Shown: piece after piece, positions 1-9,156 of the stretch
How positions within the stretch are numbered: position 1 is the first letter of the stretch
Layout: the number at the start of each line of letters is the position of its first letter
Assembly: GCA_035690945.1 (NCBI GenBank)
Contig: DASSJY010000018.1
Coordinates: 48,590-112,589, forward strand
From: Gammaproteobacteria bacterium
Lineage (GTDB): Bacteria; Pseudomonadota; Gammaproteobacteria; Natronospirales; DASSBR01
Reading direction: 5' to 3'
DNA length: 64,000 bases
Translations under genes and position numbers: made by a program
The notes under the pieces: generated by a model
Told to the model about the DNA's origin: nothing
Seen by the model: the letters and a program-made list of their open reading frames with translations, nothing else
Database searches by the model: none

Positions 1-1
1 G

Positions 2-433
2 CTGACGGCGCAACTGTTCAAGGAGTCGGACCTGATCCTGGCGCAGGAATATGTTTATACTGCGTTCGATTGGCGCATCGGCATTCTCAACCGCCGGGCG
101 ATTTTCGCGTGCCGGTATTTCATGTCGAAAAATCACTGGCAGATCGTCAATCATAAGGCCGGCGGACGATTTACCGAGGGCGGCTTCGATACGCTGCCGG
201 TCGAGGACGCACCCGCCGAGGTGGTGGACGCCGCGCTCAAGGCCGCCAACCTGATCGGCGACGGCCTTTACGGCGTGGACATCAAGCAGCATGACGGCAA
301 GCTGTACGTGATCGAAGTAAACGACAACCCGAACATCGACGCGGGCGTCGAAGACAAGCTGCTCGACGAGGCGCTGTACCGCACGATCCTGCTCGAGTTT
401 GCCGCGCGGCTCGATCGCAAGCGGCAGGTCTGA
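2..433 (+). CDS. RimK-type ATP-grasp ligase, C-terminal part (5' end outside the window)
   Basis: The frame is open from the window edge to the stop at 431-433. 'YGVDIKQHDGKLYVIEVNDNPNIDAGVED' is the typical C-lobe of RimK/glutathione-synthetase-like ATP-grasp enzymes. Confidence 0.6.
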   Translation: MTAQLFKESDLILAQEYVYTAFDWRIGILNRRAIFACRYFMSKNHWQIVNHKAGGRFTEGGFDTLPVEDAPAEVVDAALKAANLIGDGLYGVDIKQHDGKLYVIEVNDNPNIDAGVEDKLLDEALYRTILLEFAARLDRKRQV

Positions 434-445
434 GCCGCAAGCCAG

Positions 446-1834
446 ATGCTGGGGAACTATATAGCCAAACGATGGCTCGACCGGCTCTGGGGTATCAAGA
501 CTGCCGACCTGCCGTGGTATCGGCGCGTGCCGATCAACATCACGCGCATCGGCTTCGTCGTGGTGCGCGACGCGCTCGAGGGACAGCTGACGCTGCAGGC
601 GATGAGCCTTGTCTACACGACGCTGCTCGCGCTGGTGCCGCTGATTGCGCTGAGCTTTTCGCTGCTCAAGGGCTTCGGCATGCACAACGTGCTGGAGCCC
701 ACGCTGTACCAGTTCCTCGCGCCGCTCGGCACGAAAGGCCAGCAACTCGCCGACCAGATCGCCTCCTTCGTCAACAACGTCAACGCGAGCGTGCTCGGCG
801 GCGTCGGCGTGGTGCTGCTGATCATCACGGTCATCTCGATGCTGCAGAAGGTCGAAGGCGCCTTCAACCGCATCTGGCACGTACACCGTGCGCGGCTCTT
901 GCTACGCCGCTTCAGCGACTACCTGAGCGTGGTCATCATTGGTCCGGTACTCACGGTCGGCGCGCTCACGCTGACGGCGACGATCAGTAGCCAGAAGGCC
1001 GTCGCGCACCTGACCAGCATCGAGCCGTTCGGCACGCTGGCGCTGATCGGCGCGCATGTTGCGCCCTACATCCTGGTGATCGGCGCGTTCATATTTATCT
1101 ATATCTTTGCGCCCAACACGCGCGTCAGGTTCAAGCCTGCGCTGATCGGCGGCATCATCGGCGGCGCGCTGTGGCAGACCGCCGGTCTCGCCTTTACGCT
1201 CTTCACCGGCTCGACGACGCGCGTAACCGCGATTTACTCCGGTTTCGCCATTGTCATTTTCTTTCTGATATGGCTCTATCTCAGCTGGCTGATTCTGCTG
1301 ATTGGCGCGGAGATCACGTTCTACGCGCAGAATCCGGACTTCGTCAGCCGCTACCACATTCATCACTACCTCGGCAGCCGTCTGCGCGAAAAACTCGCCC
1401 TGCTGGTGATGGTCGCGATCGGCGGTACGTTCCATCGGCGCGAGACACCGTTGTCGATAAACGACCTGACGCACCTCACCCACGCCTCAGGCGATGCGGT
1501 CTCCAATATTTGCGACCAGCTTTACGCCGCCAGCCTGTTGCTCACGATCGAGGAGCCGAAGCCCGGCTACGTGCCCGGGCGCGACATGAGCGACATTCCG
1601 CTCGCCGAAATACTGATGGCGGTACGTCATTACGAGCCGCAGCCAGGCACAGGCGAACGCGCGCTGCACTCACTCGCGTCGGTGGACCGGATAGCGAACG
1701 CCGTGGATCGCGCCATTACCGCCGCGGCCGAGCCGAAGACACTGCGGGACCTCGTGCTGGAGATCGAGAATGAAAAAGTGGACCCAGCGCTGCGCTGGTA
1801 CGACGGAACGGACAGGCGACGCCATGAACAATAA
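446..1834 (+). CDS. YihY/BrkB family inner-membrane protein with a ~150-aa C-terminal extension
   Basis: 462-aa ORF with 'LTLQAMSLVYTTLLALVPLIALSFSLL', 'KVEGAFNRIW' and about six hydrophobic spans, as in YihY-family proteins. Confidence 0.8.
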   Translation: MLGNYIAKRWLDRLWGIKTADLPWYRRVPINITRIGFVVVRDALEGQLTLQAMSLVYTTLLALVPLIALSFSLLKGFGMHNVLEPTLYQFLAPLGTKGQQLADQIASFVNNVNASVLGGVGVVLLIITVISMLQKVEGAFNRIWHVHRARLLLRRFSDYLSVVIIGPVLTVGALTLTATISSQKAVAHLTSIEPFGTLALIGAHVAPYILVIGAFIFIYIFAPNTRVRFKPALIGGIIGGALWQTAGLAFTLFTGSTTRVTAIYSGFAIVIFFLIWLYLSWLILLIGAEITFYAQNPDFVSRYHIHHYLGSRLREKLALLVMVAIGGTFHRRETPLSINDLTHLTHASGDAVSNICDQLYAASLLLTIEEPKPGYVPGRDMSDIPLAEILMAVRHYEPQPGTGERALHSLASVDRIANAVDRAITAAAEPKTLRDLVLEIENEKVDPALRWYDGTDRRRHEQ

Positions 1835-3056
1835 ACTCGACATCGACTACGTCCGCAGCCGCTTTCCGGCACTCGCCGACGGCTGGGCCTATTTCGACAA
1901 CGCCGGCGGCACACAGGTGCTGGACAGCGTGATCGAACGCGTTGCCGAATACATGACCACCTCGCCCGTGCAGATCGGCGCCACCTACGCCGTGTCGGAA
2001 CTGGCGACCCGGCGCCAGGACGAAGCCGCCGCGACGATGGCCGCCTTCATCAACGCGCGCGAGCCGAGCGAGGTCGTCTTCGGCCCGTCGAGCAGCGTGA
2101 TGATCGGCCGGCTGGCGCGAGCGCTTCTGCCGCAATTGAAGGTGGGCGACGAAATTATCGTGACGGACCTTGACCACGAGGCGAACATCACGCCGTGGCG
2201 GCGCCTGGCGGCGGCCGGTATCGAAATTCGCGAATGGCGGGTGCGCCCGGAGACGTATCAGCTGCACGTCGAGGACCTCGTCTCACTGTTGAGTGCACGC
2301 ACGCGGCTGGTGTGCTGCCCGCAGGCCTCGAACGTCATTGGCAGCCTGACGCCGGTCGCCGACATCGTCCACGTAGCGCACGAGCATGGCGCGGACGTGT
2401 GTGTGGACGGTGTCGCGGCGGCGGCGCATGGCGCGATCGATGTCACGGCGAGCGATGTGGACTATTACGTCTTCAGCACCTACAAGGTGTTCGGGCCGCA
2501 CCTCTCAGTGTTGTACGGCAAGCGTGACAAGCTGTTCGCGCTCGCCAATCTCAACCATGAATTCTTTGATCGGGATGCGGTCCCGCTCAAGCTGCAGCCG
2601 GGCGGCGCGACGCACGAGCTGGTCTGGGGCACGACCGGCGTGGCCGCGTATTTCCGCGATCTCGGCGAGGATCTCGGCGCCGCACCCGACACGCCGCTAC
2701 GCGCACATGTCGAGGCCGTCGGGGCGGCCTTCTCGACGCACGAACGCGCCCTCGCGGGCCGGCTGCTCGATTATCTGCGCGACAAGTCCGGCGTGACGAT
2801 TGTGGGCGACAGACAGGCCGGCAACGATCGCCTGCCAACTATTTCGTTCACCGTCACCGGGCGCGATTCCGGCACGATTCCGCCGCAACTCGACCCGCAC
2901 CGCGTCGCAGTCCGCTACGGCCATTTTTATGCCAAGCGGCTGATCGACCACCTCGGCCTCGCGCCGCAAAACGGCGTGGTGCGGGTGTCAATGGCGCATT
3001 ACAACACGCCCGACGAAGTGAACCGGTTAATCGAATGTCTCGAGCGGGTGTTGTAA
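1824..3056 (+). CDS. Class-V aminotransferase-fold PLP enzyme (cysteine desulfurase-like)
   Basis: Start moved to ATG 1824 (MNNKLDIDYVRSRFP...). 'FDNAGGTQV', 'HEANITPW' and 'YYVFSTYKVFGPH' (PLP-lysine context) resemble NifS/CsdA-like proteins. Confidence 0.75.
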   Translation: MNNKLDIDYVRSRFPALADGWAYFDNAGGTQVLDSVIERVAEYMTTSPVQIGATYAVSELATRRQDEAAATMAAFINAREPSEVVFGPSSSVMIGRLARALLPQLKVGDEIIVTDLDHEANITPWRRLAAAGIEIREWRVRPETYQLHVEDLVSLLSARTRLVCCPQASNVIGSLTPVADIVHVAHEHGADVCVDGVAAAAHGAIDVTASDVDYYVFSTYKVFGPHLSVLYGKRDKLFALANLNHEFFDRDAVPLKLQPGGATHELVWGTTGVAAYFRDLGEDLGAAPDTPLRAHVEAVGAAFSTHERALAGRLLDYLRDKSGVTIVGDRQAGNDRLPTISFTVTGRDSGTIPPQLDPHRVAVRYGHFYAKRLIDHLGLAPQNGVVRVSMAHYNTPDEVNRLIECLERVL

Positions 3057-3065
3057 GCTGGAGCC

Positions 3066-3629
3066 ATGTCGAAACAAAGCTTTCTCACCAACCAATTCCT
3101 GATCGCGATGCCGACGCTCGGCGATCCCAACTTCCACGAAACGGTGACGTGGATCTGGGCGCACAACGCGGAGGGCGCCGCCGGTGTCGTCATCAACCGG
3201 CCGATGGAAATCACCCTCGGCGAAGTATTTTCGCAGTTGGAGCTGGAGGTGACCGCGCCCGAAGCCGCGTCGCAGACGGTCTTCGCCGGCGGTCCGGTAC
3301 AGCAGCAACGCGGTTTCGTGGTTCACCGGCCGATCGGCGAGTGGCAGGGCACCATGCAGGTCGCCGATGACATCGGCATCACCAGCTCACAGGACATCGT
3401 CGCCGCGATGGCGCAGGGCAACGGGCCAGCGGACAGCCTGTTCGCGCTCGGCTGCGCCGGCTGGGGCGCCGGCCAGCTTGAAGAGGAATTCGCGGCCAAC
3501 GCCTGGCTGACCACGGCGGCGGATGCATCGCTGCTGTTCGACACGCCGCCCGGCGAGCGGTGGCGGGCGGCGGCGCGGCTGATCGGCATCGATATCAACA
3601 TGATCTCCGGCGATGCCGGGCATGCATGA
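3066..3629 (+). CDS. yqgE: YqgE/AlgH family protein (UPF0301)
   Basis: 'FLIAMPTLGDPNFHETVTWIWAHNAEGAAGVVINRP' is the family N-terminal signature. It lies directly upstream of ruvX, as in many proteobacteria. Confidence 0.85.
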   Translation: MSKQSFLTNQFLIAMPTLGDPNFHETVTWIWAHNAEGAAGVVINRPMEITLGEVFSQLELEVTAPEAASQTVFAGGPVQQQRGFVVHRPIGEWQGTMQVADDIGITSSQDIVAAMAQGNGPADSLFALGCAGWGAGQLEEEFAANAWLTTAADASLLFDTPPGERWRAAARLIGIDINMISGDAGHA

Positions 3630-4066
3630 CTTCTATCCCTCCTCCGCCCACTACCGCTCTTGCATTCGATTTCGGCTTACGGCGCATCGGCGTCGCCGTG
3701 GGCCAGAGCGTAACGCAAACCGCCGGCGGCCTAGGCGTAATCGCCGCCCGGGACGGCGAGCCGGACTGGGCGACGATCGAGCGGCTGGCGGCCGAGTGGC
3801 ATCCGCGAGCACTGGTCGTCGGGCTTCCGTATAATGCCGACGGCAGCGAGCAGCCGCTGACGGCGCGGGCGCGCGATTTCGCGCAGGCGCTCGGCGAGCG
3901 CCTCGATCTGCCGGTCTCCCTGGTGGACGAACGCCTGTCGTCACACGCGGCCGAGGCGGAGCTCAAGACCGAGCGCCAGGCCGGCCGGCGGCGGCTGCGC
4001 AAGGGCGACATCGACAGCCGCGCGGCGCGGCTGATTCTGGAATCGTGGCTGCGAGAGCGTGAATAA
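3626..4066 (+). CDS. ruvX: Holliday junction resolvase-like protein RuvX (YqgF)
   Basis: ATG 3626 overlaps the yqgE stop (ATGA). It carries the YqgF motif 'ALAFDFGLRRIGVAVG'. The longer ORF starting at 3560 overlaps yqgE and was rejected. Confidence 0.85.
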   Translation: MTSIPPPPTTALAFDFGLRRIGVAVGQSVTQTAGGLGVIAARDGEPDWATIERLAAEWHPRALVVGLPYNADGSEQPLTARARDFAQALGERLDLPVSLVDERLSSHAAEAELKTERQAGRRRLRKGDIDSRAARLILESWLRERE

Positions 4067-5039
4067 CCCATTACCACAGTTCGACGCACAGGGACGCCTG
4101 CGCCATCTGCTGACGCTCGACGCCATGCCGGCGGCGGAGCTTGAGGCGTTGCTGACGGCCGCGGAGTCGCTGGTGGCGGCGCCGGGCGAGCCGGTGCATT
4201 ATCCGCCGGCTCTCGAAGGCCGCACCGTGGCAACATTATTTTTCGAGCCCAGCACGCGTACGCGCTGCTCGTTCGAGTTGGCCGCCAAGCGGCTCGGCGC
4301 TCAGGTCGTCAACCTCGGCGTCGCCGGCTCATCCACGGTCAAAGGCGAATCGCTGGCCGATACGCTGTACACGCTTGAAGCGATGAACGTCGATCTGCTG
4401 ATCGTGCGGCATCGGGAAGCGGGCGTGTGCGCGGAGCTCGCCGCGCTGGCCGGACCCCACACGGCAATCATCAACGCCGGCGAAGGCCGGCGCGATCACC
4501 CGACGCAGGGCCTGCTGGACGCGCTGACGATCCGGCGGCACAAGCCGGATTTCGCCAACCTGCGCGTCGCGATCGTCGGCGATATCGCCCATTCGCGCGT
4601 CGCCCGCTCGACAATCGCCGCGTTGCGAACGCTCGGCGTCGCCGATCTGCGCCTCGTCGGCCCGGCCGAATGGCTGCCGGACGACCATGCGCCGTTCGGA
4701 GGCGCAGCGCAGTTTACCCAGCTTGAAGAAGGCATCGCCGGCGCGGATGTCGTGATGGCGCTGCGCATTCAGAAAGAGCGCATGCAAAGCGCCGAGCTGC
4801 CGGACTTCGCCAGCTATTTCGCGCGCTACGGCCTGACCGAGGCGCGCCTTGCGGCCGCCGCGCCGGATGCGATCGTGATGCACCCGGGGCCCATGAACCG
4901 CGGCGTCGAAATCGACGACGAAGTCGCCGACGGCTGGCGCTCGGTCATCCGCGAACAGGTCCGCCACGGTGTCGCGGTACGGATGGCCGTCATGCTGCGG
5001 CTGCTCGAAAACAATCCGCACCCGCACGACATGATATGA
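4059..5039 (+). CDS. pyrB: Aspartate carbamoyltransferase catalytic subunit
   Basis: 'FFEPSTRTRCSFELAAKRLG', 'HPTQGLLD' and 'HPGPMNRGVEI' are ATCase signatures. Confidence 0.95.
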   Translation: MNNPLPQFDAQGRLRHLLTLDAMPAAELEALLTAAESLVAAPGEPVHYPPALEGRTVATLFFEPSTRTRCSFELAAKRLGAQVVNLGVAGSSTVKGESLADTLYTLEAMNVDLLIVRHREAGVCAELAALAGPHTAIINAGEGRRDHPTQGLLDALTIRRHKPDFANLRVAIVGDIAHSRVARSTIAALRTLGVADLRLVGPAEWLPDDHAPFGGAAQFTQLEEGIAGADVVMALRIQKERMQSAELPDFASYFARYGLTEARLAAAAPDAIVMHPGPMNRGVEIDDEVADGWRSVIREQVRHGVAVRMAVMLRLLENNPHPHDMI

Positions 5040-5917
5040 ATTCGAATCGCAATTCCATTCTGGTCGAGGAAGCCAAGGTCCTGAGCCAGGAGGCGCATCC
5101 GGGCGACCAGTACATCATGCGTTTCAAGGCGCCGCAGGTGGCCGCGCGCGCGCAGCCCGGCAGCTTCGTGCACGTGAGTTGCGACCCGGCGCTGCCCATG
5201 CGCCGCCCGATGTCGGTAATGCGCGTCGATGCCAAAATCGGCTGGATCGACGTGCTCTACAAGGTCGTCGGCGACGGCACGCGCCTGCTTGCGCGCCAGC
5301 AGGCGGGTGATCTGCTGAGCATCATGGGCCCGATCGGACGGCCGTTCGAACTGCATCCCGAGCGCCCGCGGCCGCTGCTGATCGGCGGCGGCGTCGGCAT
5401 GCCGCCGATGATCTTTGTCGCCGAGGCGCTGCGCAACGACGACCGGGCCGACTGGCGGCCGCTGGTCGTGCTGGGTTCCGAAGTGCCGTTTCCGTTTCGC
5501 AGCCAGCCGTCGGAAATCATGGTGCAGGGGATGCCGGACGGCGTGATCGCCGCGATGCCGCAGCTCGAAGATTGGGGCGTACCCAGCCGCCTTGCCAGCC
5601 TGTCAGGCTTTCCCGGCTGCTACGAAGGCTACGTGCCGGACCTCGCGCGCCTCTGGCTCGCGGGCCTGGACGACCCGGCACTCAACGAAATCGAAATCTT
5701 CGCCTGCGGTCCCACGCCAATGCTCAAGGCCACCGCGCATCTCGCGCAGGAATACGACCTGCCCTGCCAGGTGTCGCTGGAGGAATTCATGGCATGTGCG
5801 GTCGGCGGCTGCGCCGGCTGCACCGTGCTGGTCGAAACGGAGAATGGCCCGGCGATGAAACGCGTCTGCGTGGACGGGCCGGTGTTCGAGGGAAAGACTG
5901 TCTTTCCACTTTCGTAG
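5036..5917 (+). CDS. PyrK-type FAD/[2Fe-2S] electron-transfer subunit (dihydroorotate dehydrogenase B-like partner)
   Basis: ATGA overlap with the pyrB stop. Ferredoxin-reductase-like N-terminal half. The C-terminal 'CAVGGCAGCTVLV...VCVDGPVF' matches the PyrK C-x-G-x-C-x-x-C...C cluster motif. Confidence 0.7.
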   Translation: MNSNRNSILVEEAKVLSQEAHPGDQYIMRFKAPQVAARAQPGSFVHVSCDPALPMRRPMSVMRVDAKIGWIDVLYKVVGDGTRLLARQQAGDLLSIMGPIGRPFELHPERPRPLLIGGGVGMPPMIFVAEALRNDDRADWRPLVVLGSEVPFPFRSQPSEIMVQGMPDGVIAAMPQLEDWGVPSRLASLSGFPGCYEGYVPDLARLWLAGLDDPALNEIEIFACGPTPMLKATAHLAQEYDLPCQVSLEEFMACAVGGCAGCTVLVETENGPAMKRVCVDGPVFEGKTVFPLS

Positions 5918-5940
5918 GCAACGTAAGGCCGGAATGCGAA

Positions 5941-6548
5941 TCATCCCGCCGAGTCGGTCCCGTTCTCGCTAAAATCGGCCGGGAAGCGCCCATTGAAGAG
6001 CGTGTAGAAACCATCAGTCTGATTAAGACTGAGTCTGGTTTGCAGATACAGCTTTCCTTGCGCCCGCGCACGCTTCCTTGCGGCACCGCTCAAGTCCAGC
6101 CCTTGGACATTAACCGAAAAGGTGAAAGTGCCGTGCGGGAAATTCCCGTCTGGACCAATATGCGTCCGCAAGTATTTTTGCAGGCGCCGGAATGACTGGA
6201 CGCCCGCGGCAGACAGCGCGAACAGATACCAATGTTTGCCGGTCTTCGCTGCACCAACATCCGGCCCCAGCGAAATCCCGGCTCGAATTTTTCCCAGAGG
6301 TGCTTGAAACGTCGTGGCCGGCTCTCCGTTGAACACAAGCTTGACGGTCAGGGCGGGCGGTTCGCTGAGGCTGACGCCGTTGTCGAGCTGAACGGCCGCC
6401 CTGACATCGGCGGGTTTCACCTGGAGTAGATCATCAGGGCCGAATGAACGGAAATGCCAGAGCGTTGAAGTGGAATACCGGCGCAACCGGTCAGCAGACA
6501 TGCCCCGATGACGACGCAAACCCACGGCGCCGGAAACACCTTTGTCAT
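5941..6548 (-). pseudogene. Lipoprotein gene of unknown function, apparently frameshifted near its 5' end
   Basis: ATG at 6548 encodes 'MTKVFPAPWVCVVIGACLLTGCA' (signal peptide plus lipobox L-T-G-C). That frame stops at 6417. The 194-aa body ORF (6525..5941) is in another frame, offset by 23 nt, and has no signal peptide. Confidence 0.5.
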
Positions 6549-6585
6549 TTTTTACCCCCTCGGCGCAGCCCCCGCCGCGCTTGAA

Positions 6586-7347
6586 TCAATCCGCCCCCTC
6601 GGTCGCCTCGTCTTTCTTCGCCGGCACCATGATCTTCGCGAAGATAATGCCCAGTTCGTAAAGCCCATACATCGGTAGCGCCAGAAGCGTTTGCGACACC
6701 ACGTCCGGCGGGGTCAGCAGCATGCCGATCACGAACACGCCTAGCAGCACGTAGGGCCGGTTCTTCTTCAGCCAGGCGACGTTGACGACACCGATCCAGA
6801 CCAGCAGCACCGTCGCGACCGGGATTTCGAACGCGAAACCGAATGCGAACAGCAGCGCGAACACGAAGTCAAGGTACGCGTTGATGTCGGTCATTACCGT
6901 CACACCCTCGGGCGCAGCATGGGCGAAAAAGCCGAACATCATCGGGAACACGACGAAGTAGGCGAACACCATTCCGGTGTAGAACAGCACGGTGCTCGAT
7001 GCGAGCAGCGGCAGAACCATGCGCCGCTCGGAGCGGTACAGACCAGGAGCGACGAACGCCCACATCTGGTAGAGCAGGATCGGCACCGCGATGAAGATGG
7101 CGGTGACCAGCGCGAGCTTGACCGGCGCAATGAACGGCGAGGTTACCTGGGTCGCAATCATGTGGCTGCCGGCCGGCATCTGGTCGATCAGCGGAATCGC
7201 AATCCAGGTGAACAGCCGATTGGCGAACGGCACGAGCGCGACGAACACGATGACGACGGCGATGATCGCGTACATCAGCCGCCGGCGCAGTTCGAGCAGG
7301 TGCGACAGCAGCGTGCCGGTGCCGAGCGTTTCTTCCGGATCAGCCAT
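6586..7347 (-). CDS. tatC: Twin-arginine translocase subunit TatC
   Basis: 253 aa, six TM spans. '[12 protein letters not shown]' and 'LTPPDVVSQ' are TatC motifs. It follows tatA-tatB. Confidence 0.95.
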   Translation of the reverse strand: MADPEETLGTGTLLSHLLELRRRLMYAIIAVVIVFVALVPFANRLFTWIAIPLIDQMPAGSHMIATQVTSPFIAPVKLALVTAIFIAVPILLYQMWAFVAPGLYRSERRMVLPLLASSTVLFYTGMVFAYFVVFPMMFGFFAHAAPEGVTVMTDINAYLDFVFALLFAFGFAFEIPVATVLLVWIGVVNVAWLKKNRPYVLLGVFVIGMLLTPPDVVSQTLLALPMYGLYELGIIFAKIMVPAKKDEATEGAD

Positions 7348-7597
7348 CGCGGCTGGCGGGCTCCCGTTTGGATTCTATCGTGGCGGGCGGCGGCTCGGCA
7401 GGCAGGGTCTTATTCTTTTTCTGCTCCTCGAAATTGATTTCTTCTTCAAGCTGCGCCTGCAGCGAGTGCATCATCGCCCGTCCGCGCGCGGCGAAGCGGC
7501 CCAGCTTGCGCGCAAGGTCGGGCAGCCGCTCGGGGCCGAACACGACCACCGCCAGCACGAAGATGAGGACCAGCTCCCAGAAGCCGATGTCGAACAT
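7340..7597 (-). CDS. tatB: Twin-arginine translocase subunit TatB (short form)
   Basis: '[26 protein letters not shown]' is the TatB-type N-terminus. It lies between tatA and tatC and overlaps tatC by 8 nt. Confidence 0.8.
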   Translation of the reverse strand: MFDIGFWELVLIFVLAVVVFGPERLPDLARKLGRFAARGRAMMHSLQAQLEEEINFEEQKKNKTLPAEPPPATIESKREPASRDG

Positions 7598-7615
7598 ACC
7601 GAGTTCGACCCAGCG

Positions 7616-7849
7616 TCAGTCTTTGGAAGTGGACGTGGAGCTGGATTTGGTGTCGGCCTGCCGGTCGGCCGCAGTGAATTGGGCGTCCTGCTGGGCCGGC
7701 ACTTCTTCGTCCTCATGCATGGCTTTTTTGAAGCTCTTGATCGCCTTGCCGACGTCGCCGCCGACATTCGCCAGCCGCTTGGTGCCGAAGATGACGATGG
7801 CGATCGCCAGAATGAGGAGTAGTTCCCAGATACCGATTCCGTCAAACAT
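7616..7849 (-). CDS. tatA: Twin-arginine translocase subunit TatA
   Basis: 'MFDGIGIWELLLILAIAIVIFGTKRL' is the TatA/E signature. 77 aa. Confidence 0.9.
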   Translation of the reverse strand: MFDGIGIWELLLILAIAIVIFGTKRLANVGGDVGKAIKSFKKAMHEDEEVPAQQDAQFTAADRQADTKSSSTSTSKD

Positions 7850-7897
7850 GATGTCTCCTGACCGCGCCCCGATTGGCGGCGGTCGAGACCCATTGTA

Positions 7898-8605
7898 CTA
7901 CGCCGACAGGGAACCGACGAGTTGCTGGGCTTCGCCGAGGTCCAGGTCGCCTTCGTAGAGCGCCCGGCCTATCACGGCGCCCATTACCCCATCGTCACGC
8001 GCCGCGCAGAGACTGCGGATGTCGTCGAGACTGGCGATACCGCCGGCGGCAATGACCGGGATCGCGATTTCCCGCGCCAGCGCTGCGGCCGCTTCCGCAT
8101 TGACCCCGTTCCGCTTTTCGTCATAATCCAGATCGGTCAGCAGGACTGCTGCAACGCCGTCGCGTTCGAATCTTTGCGCCACTTCGACGACGTCGTGATG
8201 GGCCAGCTTGGACCAGCCGTCGGTCGCGATCTTGCCGTCGCGGGCGTCGAGTCCGACGATAACGTGGCCGGCGAATTCGATGCACAGGTCGCGCACGAAG
8301 TGCGGCGTGCCGAATGCCCGCGGACCCAGGATGACATAGTCGGCCCCGGCCGAGAGCCAGGCCTCGACACCATCCTCGTCCCGCAACGCGCCTGCGACCT
8401 GCAACTCCAGGTCCGGATGCCGCGCCACGATCTCGCGAATCGCCTCGGCGTTCGCAATGCCGCTCTCCGCGCCGTCGAGATCGGCGATATGCAGGCGCCG
8501 CGCGCCCGCTTCGACCCAGCGATCGGCGACGGCCGCGGCGTCGCGCTCATCCTCCGTGCACACGCATTGGCCGTCTTTGAGGTCAATGGACGGGATCAGC
8601 AACAT
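7898..8605 (-). CDS. HisA-like (beta/alpha)8 barrel, ProFAR isomerase family
   Basis: 'MLLIPSIDLKDGQCV', 'LHIADLDGA' and 'AGGIASLDDI...GAVIGRALYEG' match HisA/HisF-family motifs. The loop after strand 1 looks about 10 aa shorter than in E. coli HisA. No other his genes are nearby. Confidence 0.65.
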   Translation of the reverse strand: MLLIPSIDLKDGQCVCTEDERDAAAVADRWVEAGARRLHIADLDGAESGIANAEAIREIVARHPDLELQVAGALRDEDGVEAWLSAGADYVILGPRAFGTPHFVRDLCIEFAGHVIVGLDARDGKIATDGWSKLAHHDVVEVAQRFERDGVAAVLLTDLDYDEKRNGVNAEAAAALAREIAIPVIAAGGIASLDDIRSLCAARDDGVMGAVIGRALYEGDLDLGEAQQLVGSLSA

Positions 8606-8712
8606 GATCAGAATCCCCAGTCAGACTTTCAATCGTCGTATCTATCGAGCGGAACCGGTGCCCTTAATATGCATGAATTCGGCGCGGCTGTCTCCCCATG
8701 GTTGCGCCGCTC

Positions 8713-9156
8713 TCAGGCGCCGGTCTGTAGCCAGAATGTCACCGGCCCATCATTGGTCAGCCGCACCTGCATGTTCGCGCCGAAGCGGCCGCACGCCGTC
8801 TTGGCGTGCCGCGCGGTGACAATCGCCGCCAGCCGCTCGAACAGCCGCCGAGCCTCGGTCGGCGGTGCCGCGCTGGCGAAGCTCGCGCGCCGGCCCTTGC
8901 GGGTATCGGCCGCGAGTGTGAACTGCGGCACCAGCAGAACAGCGCCGCCGATGTCGGTAACGTCCCGGTTCATCTTGCCCGCGGCGTCGGCAAATACGCG
9001 GTAGACGAGCAGCCGCTCGGCGAGCCGCGCCGCGGCGCCCTCGTCATCGCCACGTTCGACGCCGACCAGCACCAGTATGCCTCGGCCGATCACGGCAATG
9101 TCCTCGCCGTCGACGGCCACTGCGGCCTCGGCGACGCGCTGCAGCAGGCCGATCAC
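8713..9156 (-). CDS. dtd: D-aminoacyl-tRNA deacylase
   Basis: 'MIGLLQRV', 'LVLVGVERGD' and 'LLVPQFTLAADTRKGRRASF' are Dtd signatures. 147 aa. Confidence 0.9.
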   Translation of the reverse strand: MIGLLQRVAEAAVAVDGEDIAVIGRGILVLVGVERGDDEGAAARLAERLLVYRVFADAAGKMNRDVTDIGGAVLLVPQFTLAADTRKGRRASFASAAPPTEARRLFERLAAIVTARHAKTACGRFGANMQVRLTNDGPVTFWLQTGA

